Of a DNA stretch of 64,000 nt, positions 56,862 to 64,000 are shown piece after piece. How positions within the stretch are numbered: the stretch's first letter is position 1; every line of letters begins with the position of its first letter. The stretch is taken from the NCBI GenBank assembly GCA_965200315.1, contig OZ241362.1, positions 4,096,001 through 4,160,000 on the forward strand, read 5' to 3'. The position numbers and the translations under genes were made by a program. Source of the DNA: Candidatus Latescibacterota bacterium. Its GTDB lineage: Bacteria; Latescibacterota; UBA2968; UBA8231. The notes below the pieces were generated by a model. The model was not told the DNA's origin. It did not search any database and saw nothing but the letters and a program-made list of their open reading frames with translations.

Positions 56862-58190
56862 ATGTCCAACAGAAGAGACCTGATCCCGCCGCGGACCCTC
56901 AAGGGCTTCCGCGACTTTCCCCCGGCCTTAGCCATGCCGCGCGAGGAACTGATCGACAAGGCCCGCGCGGTTTTCCGCTCCTACGGCTTCGCTCCTATCG
57001 ACACGCCCGCGCTTGAATACAGCGAGATACTCACTGGCAAAGGCGGCGACGAGAGCGACAAGCAGATGTATCGCTTTGCAGATCACGGCGGCCGCGACGT
57101 GGCGCTGCGCTTTGACCTGACTGTGCCCTTTGCCCGCTTCGCCGCCCAGTATATCGGCCAACTCGGCACCCCCTTCAAGCGCTATCACATTGGCCCGGTC
57201 TGGCGCGGCGAGAACACTCAGCACGGCCGCTACCGAGAGTTCTACCAGTGCGACTTCGACACCATCGGCACCGATGCCAACGCTGCGGATATCGAAACGG
57301 TGCTCGTCATCCACGACCTGCTGGCGGCCTTGGGCTTTGAGCGCTTCGCCATCCACGTCAACAATCGCCTAATCCTCAACGGCCTACTCGAATCGCTCGG
57401 CTTGGCCGAGGCGTCGGCAGCTATCCTCCGCGCTCTCGACAAGTTGCAGAAAATTGGCGCGGAAAAGGTCGCCGCTGAGATGAGCGAGACGGCGTCGGTT
57501 TCCGTTGAACAGGCCGAGCACATCTTGGCTACGGTGCAGACTGCAGGCGCGAATGCCGAGATTCTCGACCAGACCGAGCGTTCCTTCGGCGACCATGATC
57601 GCGTCGCCGAGGGGATTGCCAACCTGCGCCAACTCGTGGCCGCTTTTGAGGGTGCCGGTTTTCCCCAAGATCGTTTGGCGATTGACCTGTCCATTGCGCG
57701 TGGTCTCGATTACTACACTGGCACCGTCTATGAGACCTTGCTCGGCGATCGGCCGGCGATCGGCTCGGTCTGTAGCGGCGGGCGCTACGACGATTTGGCC
57801 GGCCTCTACACCAAGCAGCACCTGCCCGGCGTTGGAGCTTCTCTGGGGTTAGATCGGCTGATGGCCGCGATGGAAGCGCTGGGGCTTTTGCCGGACACCG
57901 CCACATCCGCCGACGTCTTCATCGTCCAGTTCTCCGCCGAAGCCCTCCCATCCTACATCGCCCTTGCGCACCGCCTGCGGCAAGCTGGCTTCCGCACTGA
58001 ACTGTATCCAGAGGCCAAAGGCATGGGCCGGCAGCTCAAATACGCCGACCGCAAGGGTTTTCCCATCGCCCTGATTGGCGGCCCGGACGAATTGGAGAAG
58101 GGCGTCTGGCAGGTGAAGGATATGCGCGATGGATCGAGCACTGACGTGCAAGACGACGAACTGGTGTCCTACTTGCAGGCGAAGCGGTAA
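56862..58190 (+). CDS. hisS: Histidine--tRNA ligase
   Basis: KGFRDF, LRFDLTVP, RGENTQHGRYREFYQCDFD, ARGLDYYTG, SGGRYD. Confidence 0.97.
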   Translation: MSNRRDLIPPRTLKGFRDFPPALAMPREELIDKARAVFRSYGFAPIDTPALEYSEILTGKGGDESDKQMYRFADHGGRDVALRFDLTVPFARFAAQYIGQLGTPFKRYHIGPVWRGENTQHGRYREFYQCDFDTIGTDANAADIETVLVIHDLLAALGFERFAIHVNNRLILNGLLESLGLAEASAAILRALDKLQKIGAEKVAAEMSETASVSVEQAEHILATVQTAGANAEILDQTERSFGDHDRVAEGIANLRQLVAAFEGAGFPQDRLAIDLSIARGLDYYTGTVYETLLGDRPAIGSVCSGGRYDDLAGLYTKQHLPGVGASLGLDRLMAAMEALGLLPDTATSADVFIVQFSAEALPSYIALAHRLRQAGFRTELYPEAKGMGRQLKYADRKGFPIALIGGPDELEKGVWQVKDMRDGSSTDVQDDELVSYLQAKR

Positions 58191-58217
58191 GCTACACCCA
58201 ATCAAAAGAGGAATGCT

Positions 58218-59189
58218 GTGAACATCGGACTCTGCGCTTGGAGCTTCACCGGCGCTCACAAAGAAGCTAACCGCGCCATTGACCCTCACACCCCCGCGGG
58301 CCTGACGTGCCTAGCCCGCGACAACGGCCTCCACAGCGTCGAATTCGCGTCCCAATGGCTGGGCGACTGCTCGCCCGAGGAGCGGGCAGTTTTTGCCGAG
58401 ACGCGCACCGGTCTCGACCTATTCTTGGACACCGGCGGAGACAACTACTCTGTAGATATTGCGCCGTTGCGCCAAGCCATTGAAACGGCGCACCAAGCCG
58501 GTGCCCGCGCCGTGCGCACCACCGTCAGCCGCCTCCTCGAAGGCAACCGCACCGAGTATGGTCTCGAGGGGATGCGGGACTACATTGCAGCCTTGGTCCA
58601 GCCCTTCAAAGAAGTCATGCCGCTCGCTGAGGAATACGGCATCCCAGTGGGCATTGAAAACCACCAAGATTTGTGTTCGTGGGAATTGTTGTCGCTATGC
58701 GAAAAGGTCAGCAGTCCGCAACTCGGCGTCACCATGGACGTAGGCAATGCCCTTGCCGTCGGTGAGCATCCCCTAGCGTTTGCCGAGCGCATCTTGCCGA
58801 TCCTCAAGCACATCCACATCAAGGACTACACGGTCCACCCCACCCCCTCGGGCTATCGCCTCAAGCGCTGCGCCATCGGCGACGGGGTTGTCGATTGGCC
58901 GGAGATCATTGCGCTATTCGACCGCGAGGTGCCACACATCCAAGGCTGTATTGAACTCGGCGCGAGCGTCGCCCGCCACATTCGCCTGTTGGAAGAGGAC
59001 TGGTGGGTGACCTTTCCCGAGCGACCTTTCCACGAAGCGATACGTGCCATACGCACCCTGCATCAGGCGGCTGGCGACCCAGACGATTGGCAGACGCCGC
59101 ACGAGCGCGGGGAGAATGTGGACGTTCGGGTCGCTTATGAACTGGAGCAGTTTGAACGCTCGGTCGCCTACGTAAAGGAATCCCTGTAA
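58218..59189 (+). CDS. Sugar-phosphate isomerase/epimerase (xylose isomerase-like TIM barrel)
   Basis: IENHQD, DVGN, HIHIKDY, G.G.VDW. Confidence 0.88.
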   Translation: MNIGLCAWSFTGAHKEANRAIDPHTPAGLTCLARDNGLHSVEFASQWLGDCSPEERAVFAETRTGLDLFLDTGGDNYSVDIAPLRQAIETAHQAGARAVRTTVSRLLEGNRTEYGLEGMRDYIAALVQPFKEVMPLAEEYGIPVGIENHQDLCSWELLSLCEKVSSPQLGVTMDVGNALAVGEHPLAFAERILPILKHIHIKDYTVHPTPSGYRLKRCAIGDGVVDWPEIIALFDREVPHIQGCIELGASVARHIRLLEEDWWVTFPERPFHEAIRAIRTLHQAAGDPDDWQTPHERGENVDVRVAYELEQFERSVAYVKESL

Positions 59190-59223
59190 ACCGTTCTTTC
59201 CCTTTCAACCGAAAGCTAAAACC

Positions 59224-60735
59224 ATGCCCGACCGCCCCAATATCCTCTTCATCATCTCCGACCAACTCATTGCCGCCCTGACCGCTGCCTACGGCCATCC
59301 AGTCGTCCAGACGCCGCACTTGAATCGCCTCGCGGCCGAAGGCGTCCGCTTTGACTCGGCCTATACGCCTTTTCCCTTGTGTGCTCCGGGCCGCGCCTGC
59401 ATCACCAGCGGACGCCACGCCTCCGAAATCGGTGCTTGGGACAACGGCGCGCTTTTGGCCGCGGATGTGCCGTCGTACGCCCACTACCTCAGCAACGCAG
59501 GCTACGACACCGTGCTTTCAGGCAAGATGCACTTCGTCGGCCCGGACCAGCTGCACGGCTTCCACCGCCGGCTGACGACCGACATCTATCCGCCCGACTT
59601 CTCGTGGGTCAAGGAAGAGTGGATCCGCATCAAGGAGACCAAGGGGGAGGACTACGAAGAGGTCATGGGCAGCCGCCCCACGTACAACGCCGGTGGCTAC
59701 ACCGGCCAAGCCGTGCGCGTCAACTTCTGGCACAACGCCCTCAGCTACGACGAAGAGACGCACTTCCGCGCCGTCGAATACCTCCGCGCCCAACGCGGCG
59801 ACTCCCCCTTCTTGCTCTGCGCCTCCTTCCACCACCCGCACGAGCCGTTCCACCCGCCGCAGGCGTACTGGGACCGCTACGCCGACGCCGAGATTGCCAT
59901 CCCGGAATTCCCGGCCCACCTCGATGAGACCTACTCGGCGCTGGATCGCTGGCTCAACGCCTACCACGGCACTCGCCGCTTCAACTTGCGCGCCCCGGCG
60001 AGTCTGCGCCGCCTGCGCCGTGCGTACTACGGCTTGGTGACGTACCTCGACGACAAGGTCGGTGGCCTGCTTGCGACGCTGGAGGAAACCGGCTTGCTCG
60101 ACAATACGGTCGTGGTCTTTACCTCCGACCACGGCGACATGCTGTGCGAAAAGGAGATGGTGCAGAAGCGCTGTTTTTACGAGTGGTCCTGCCGCGTCCC
60201 CCTCATCGTCCGCTTCCCCGACCAGTGGCAGGCCGGCACCACCGTCGAAACACCGACCTCGCTCCTCGACCTGCTGCCGACCTTTTGCGAGTTGGCCGGT
60301 GCCGAGGCGAGCTTGCCCCACGATGGCAGCAGCCTCTTGCCGATTATTGAGGGCCGCAGCGCCGACCGGCACATCTTCGCCCAAGCCCACGAAGCGGTCG
60401 GCGCACCTTGCATCATGGTCCGCGAGGGCCGGTTCAAATACAATTACATCCACGGCCACCAGCCGCAGCTTTTTGACTTGGAGAGCGATCCCGGCGAGTG
60501 GAACAACCTCGCCGGCACAGCCGAACACGCCGCAACTGAAACGCGCCTGCGCGGGCTGATCCTCGACCGCTTTGACCCCGACAAAATGGCCGCCGACAAC
60601 CTCGCCAGCCTCTATCGCCGCCGCCTAATCCGCGACGCGATGTACAAGCACGACGACTCGTGGAACTACACTACTACCTTTGATCCGAGGCGCGGGGCAC
60701 TCGACCAGTATCGCCTTATGGCTGGAGAGAAGTAA
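59224..60735 (+). CDS. Sulfatase (choline-sulfatase-like)
   Basis: PNILFIISDQ, CAPGR (CxPxR), GKMHFVGPDQLHGF, PHEPF, SDHGDM. Confidence 0.93.
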   Translation: MPDRPNILFIISDQLIAALTAAYGHPVVQTPHLNRLAAEGVRFDSAYTPFPLCAPGRACITSGRHASEIGAWDNGALLAADVPSYAHYLSNAGYDTVLSGKMHFVGPDQLHGFHRRLTTDIYPPDFSWVKEEWIRIKETKGEDYEEVMGSRPTYNAGGYTGQAVRVNFWHNALSYDEETHFRAVEYLRAQRGDSPFLLCASFHHPHEPFHPPQAYWDRYADAEIAIPEFPAHLDETYSALDRWLNAYHGTRRFNLRAPASLRRLRRAYYGLVTYLDDKVGGLLATLEETGLLDNTVVVFTSDHGDMLCEKEMVQKRCFYEWSCRVPLIVRFPDQWQAGTTVETPTSLLDLLPTFCELAGAEASLPHDGSSLLPIIEGRSADRHIFAQAHEAVGAPCIMVREGRFKYNYIHGHQPQLFDLESDPGEWNNLAGTAEHAATETRLRGLILDRFDPDKMAADNLASLYRRRLIRDAMYKHDDSWNYTTTFDPRRGALDQYRLMAGEK

Positions 60736-60816
60736 GGACCATCCAATACAAAAGCTAGATTCAGAGCCTTATTGCAGAGGAGCGATAAGGCTATAAGGCA
60801 GCATAGAACGGATAAA

Positions 60817-60843
60817 GGGGCGAACACATAGGTTCGCCCCTAC
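60817..60843 (-). repeat. GTAG-type REP hairpin, copy 1
   Basis: Minus strand GTA-GGGGCGAAC-CTATGT-GTTCGCCCC. Confidence 0.8.
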
Positions 60844-60871
60844 AGAAGACATAAATCATTCACACGGAAAC

Positions 60872-61048
60872 GACGGCATACGAAATCGGCGACATACGAG
60901 ACCGACGACATACGAGACCGACGACATACGAGACCGACGACATGCGAGATTCGGCGGCATACGAAATCGGCGACATACGAGACCGGACAAATGCGAGACC
61001 GACGACATACGAGACCGACGACATACGAAATCGGACAAATACGAAATC
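60872..61048 (+). repeat. Tandem array of 11 ~16-bp units (consensus GACGACATACGAGACC)
   Basis: Ten 16-bp units and one 17-bp unit, contiguous, no unique spacers. Confidence 0.95.
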
Positions 61049-61075
61049 GTAGGGACAGACCTATGTGTCTGTCCC
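61049..61075 (+). repeat. GTAG-type REP hairpin, copy 2
   Basis: GTA-GGGACAGAC-CTATGT-GTCTGTCCC; same loop as copy 1 with compensatory stem changes. Confidence 0.8.
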
Positions 61076-61115
61076 AAAACTTCGGATACATCTTTAGCTG
61101 CATTTATCGCCGTAA

Positions 61116-61550
61116 CTAATCGACGGCTTATCAGCATCGTGGAATTATCCCACCATCTTCGTCAATCCTCCATACGGCAGAGACCGCAAGCGAGGCACCA
61201 CGATTCGAGATTGGCTGCGAAAATGTAGCGAGGCTCACGCGCAACATGGCGTTGAGGTACTCTCCCTTGTGCCTGTCGCCACGAATACTCGCCACTGGAA
61301 ACAATACGTGTTTGGCGCGGCTACGGCGGTCGCATTTCTCTACGACACCCGGCTGCGCTTCCTCGTAAACGGGACGGACGGCGGCAAGGGTGCGCCCATG
61401 TCCTGCGCGATGGTCTATTGGGGGCCGCAGTACGAGCGCTTTGAAGAGATATTCATCCGCTTCGGGGCGGTGGTTGACGTGCGGCATCTACACGGGAAGC
61501 TCGTTGGCACGGGCGAGCACCTCAATCTATTCCACGACGCAGAAAACTAA
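61116..61550 (+). pseudogene. 5'-truncated N6-adenine DNA methyltransferase (phage Dam-like)
   Basis: DGLSASWNYPTIFVNPPYG...LVPVATNT..W...RLRF...APMSCAMVYWG; in-frame stop at 61113, N-terminus absent. Confidence 0.78.
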
Positions 61551-61556
61551 TCGCCG

Positions 61557-62579
61557 CTAGCCTCCCAACCCCTGTAGCTGGGTTGGCTCTGCCAGCGGCA
61601 CCACGGGGTTTTCCAAAACCCCGATCCCACCGGAAAACTCCAACTGCATCACGTCTCCGTCCAAAAGCCCGGTCGGCAAATCCGCCTCGGCAAAGACGAT
61701 GGGCGTCCCCCAATAAAACGCCAGCAGGGTGCGCGGGGCTAGGGGCAGCCGCCGGAAAAGGTGCCGCTCTAAGTGCAGGAGTCGCCCGGGCATGTTCAGG
61801 TTGTTCTGGCCGGTCGCGCCCTGCTTGTAGGCGATGGATTGTCCGCCGCGCAAGATGCGGCACGAGACCTCAACCTCAGCGTCGTCGTACTCGTCGGCCG
61901 TAACCAGCACCGGCCCTAGGGAAGCGCATCCGCCAGCCCAGTTTTTGGCTTGGGGCAAGTTGAGGGGATTGGCGGCCTCAATCCCGTTGTCGGTAGCGTC
62001 GTTGCCGCCGGTATAGCCCAGCCTCTCTAAGCGGCCTTGGCGCGTCAGGCCATAGACCGACACGAGCTCAGTCTCAGGCACCAAGCGCTGGGTGTCGCCG
62101 GGCCGGGTGATGGGCTGGCCGTGCCCGACGACGGCGTCCGGCTCGCCTTTGGCGAACAGCTCGGGCCGCCCGCCGCCGGATACTTCGCGGTATTTTTGGT
62201 CGTACACGTTGATGGCCTCGCCAGTGGCCTGCTGCGCTTCGATCTCACGCAACTTGGCACTGACTTCGTGGGTGACGCCAGCCAACCACACGCGCAGGGC
62301 GTGGGGCTGGCCGGCCGGGCCGCTGACCGGCTTGGTAAGGTACGGGTCGCGGGTGCTGCGGTTGGCCAACAGCGCGTCTAGCGATAAGCGGCGCACAGCT
62401 CGTTTTTGCAGGTTCTGAGCGGCGGCTACCAGCCCAATCTCGTCGCCGCCGCCGTCGTAGTAGAGCTGATGCACGGTGCGCGGCCCTTGCTCTGCGCCCG
62501 TCAGGTCTAAAACCTCGTCGCCGGCGACTAGCCCTAAGCGCAGGCCGTCGTCCGGCTCAATGAATTGCACTAGTTTCAC
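61557..62579 (-). CDS. Fumarylacetoacetate-hydrolase family protein (2-keto-3-deoxypentonate dehydratase-like)
   Basis: W.AGVT...S, RPELFAK, VPETEL, GYT.GND...IE.ANPL.LPQAK. Confidence 0.85.
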   Translation of the reverse strand: MKLVQFIEPDDGLRLGLVAGDEVLDLTGAEQGPRTVHQLYYDGGGDEIGLVAAAQNLQKRAVRRLSLDALLANRSTRDPYLTKPVSGPAGQPHALRVWLAGVTHEVSAKLREIEAQQATGEAINVYDQKYREVSGGGRPELFAKGEPDAVVGHGQPITRPGDTQRLVPETELVSVYGLTRQGRLERLGYTGGNDATDNGIEAANPLNLPQAKNWAGGCASLGPVLVTADEYDDAEVEVSCRILRGGQSIAYKQGATGQNNLNMPGRLLHLERHLFRRLPLAPRTLLAFYWGTPIVFAEADLPTGLLDGDVMQLEFSGGIGVLENPVVPLAEPTQLQGLGG

Positions 62580-62804
62580 AAAAAATCTCCTTTGGAAGCC
62601 CCTGTTTGCGTTGCCTGAGCAGTGGTTAGTGCTCAGGTTGTGCCCTCTCCACCGAGGGCGAGGGTAGAGAGCGGACCTATGGCAATCCTACATCATTCAT
62701 CAGATAATCTGCATCAAGGACGCAGCATAGTAGAAACAAGACGATCCGCCTCTCGAATCGTGCAAGCATTCCGGGTCGCTATAAGTATCCCCATCGGCAG
62801 TCGT

Positions 62805-63632
62805 TTAAGAGATAAAGAGCGGCGCAGCGGACTTGGGCGCGATGCCGGCCCGCTCGGCCCGCTCAATCAGGTCGAATATGGCGGCCTCGCCGTCGGCTCC
62901 GTAGTCGAGCGTGTGCTGGCTGACATACAGGTCGATGTGCGCCTGCATGACGCTTTCGTCCATCTCTTGGGCGTGCTGGCGGATGTAGCCCCGCACGGTG
63001 TTCGGGTGAGTGTATGCGTACTCCACGCTCTGCACGAGCGCGCGGTCGATCCGGCCGATGAGTTCGGCCCCGAGGCTGCGCCGCGCGAGGATGCCGCCGA
63101 GGGGGATCGGATGCCCGGTGCTTTCCTCCCACCACTGGCCTAGGTCGATGATCGCCGCTAGCCCGTGTTGGATGTATGTGAAGCGGCTCTCGTGGATGAT
63201 GACGCCCGCATCGACTACACCCTGCGAGGTCGCGTCCACGATCTGGTCGAAAGGCATGACCGCTAGCTGCTCAATGCTGGGGTCAAAAAGCCTCAGCAGC
63301 AGGGCCGCAGTGGTCAGGTGCCCGGGAATGGCGATTCGCTTGTGCTTGAGGTCTTTTAGCGCTAGCTGCTCCCGAGCTACCAGTAGTGGCCCGCATCCCC
63401 TCCCCAAGGCACCACCTGAGTGCAGAAGGCAGTACTCCTCCCGCAAATGCGCCAGTGCGTGGAAGGATATTTTGGTCGCGTCGAGTTGCCCTTTCAGCGC
63501 CATCTCATTGAGCGTCTCGATGTCCGCCAGCACCTCCTCGCATACCGGCGCGTCGGCGATCTGCCCGTGGACTAGGCCGTAGAAGATGAAGGTGTCGTTG
63601 GGACAGGGGGAATAGCCCAAGGTTAGGCGCAT
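62805..63632 (-). CDS. mqnD: 1,4-dihydroxy-6-naphthoate synthase (futalosine pathway)
   Basis: GYSPCPNDTFIF, DIETLN, LGRGCGP, IHESRFTY, PIPLG, HIDLYV. Confidence 0.95.
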   Translation of the reverse strand: MRLTLGYSPCPNDTFIFYGLVHGQIADAPVCEEVLADIETLNEMALKGQLDATKISFHALAHLREEYCLLHSGGALGRGCGPLLVAREQLALKDLKHKRIAIPGHLTTAALLLRLFDPSIEQLAVMPFDQIVDATSQGVVDAGVIIHESRFTYIQHGLAAIIDLGQWWEESTGHPIPLGGILARRSLGAELIGRIDRALVQSVEYAYTHPNTVRGYIRQHAQEMDESVMQAHIDLYVSQHTLDYGADGEAAIFDLIERAERAGIAPKSAAPLFIS

Positions 63633-64000
63633 AGTTCGTGCTCCAGTAGTTCCAGTGCGGCAGATTGCGCTTTGGCGGCGGCCTGTGGCAGGTGCCAGCG
63701 AGCGGGATCGCGCCGCTCGACGATGTTGCTGATCGCCCGCAATTCCACAAAGGGGACTTCGTAGAGGGCACACAGGTGGGCGGCGGCCGCTCCCTCCATG
63801 TTCTCGCATAGGGCTGAAAAGCGTCGTCCTCGTTCAATTCCCAACTCGTCGGTTCCCGTGCATTCTTGTAAGGTGACGAACGGACCGACGTGGGCTTTGG
63901 ACAAAATGTTGGCTGCTTGCTGTAACCATGCTTGGGCGATGGGGAAGGTATTGTAGTAGGCGCGGTCTTTTTCTACTACTGGAATGCCGATTAGGTCGGC
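63623..64000 (-). CDS. mqnB: Futalosine hydrolase, C-terminal part (5' end outside window)
   Basis: GPFVT...TGT, ENMEGAA, ELRAISNIVERRD...W; directly upstream of mqnD. Confidence 0.9.
   Translation of the reverse strand, partial: ADLIGIPVVEKDRAYYNTFPIAQAWLQQAANILSKAHVGPFVTLQECTGTDELGIERGRRFSALCENMEGAAAAHLCALYEVPFVELRAISNIVERRDPARWHLPQAAAKAQSAALELLEHELCA

Noticed and set aside
59518-60528. Long antisense ORFs (also 47341-48264, 6945-7607)
   Set aside because: Shadow frames of GC-rich genes with no recognisable motifs.
60872-61048. CRISPR array
   Set aside because: Units are contiguous 16-mers with no unique spacers, and there are no cas genes or leader; it is a tandem repeat.
60840-61137. 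Repetitive ORFs (CRRSRMSSVSYVV)
   Set aside because: Artefact of translating a 16-bp (non-triplet) repeat.

Overview
GC-rich bacterial chromosome segment. It encodes housekeeping and metabolic genes: lpdA 3' end, Slt, mutY, hemA-ccsA, moeA, anSME, mutM, clpP, an RND trio, cysG-N, hisS, a sulfatase and mqnB-mqnD. Many sugar-acid, peptidase and sulfatase genes, a WGQIK-type C-terminal motif and collagenase/steroid-reductase relics suggest a Latescibacterota/Poribacteria-like, possibly sponge-associated organism (inference only). No rRNA, tRNA or CRISPR array was recognised. The accessory DNA is the most interesting part. (1) A decayed island at about 29.2-36.9 kb carries toxin-antitoxin pairs, an intact ABC-type ATPase with a truncated PIN-like partner, and WYL, DnaB, AAA and PD-(D/E)XK relics. 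It also has two copies of a promoter with a TGCGAC-N7-GTCGCA palindrome in exact TGTCGC-N10-TA-N3-T geometry, resembling WYL/PafBC-activated promoters. (2) Several genes are collapsed by internal deletions that keep both ends; two are AAA_14/DUF4143 ATPases sharing an 11-7-11 palindrome 17-18 bp before the ATG. (3) A redoxin is coupled to a cytochrome c/copper-monooxygenase/TPR lipoprotein. (4) An 11x16-bp minisatellite lies between two covarying GTAG-type REP hairpins. (5) A triple-DUF5069 protein is coupled to a C26 amidohydrolase. (6) CCWGG appears depleted, consistent with Dcm-type methylation. All family calls come from motif recognition by eye, not database searches.
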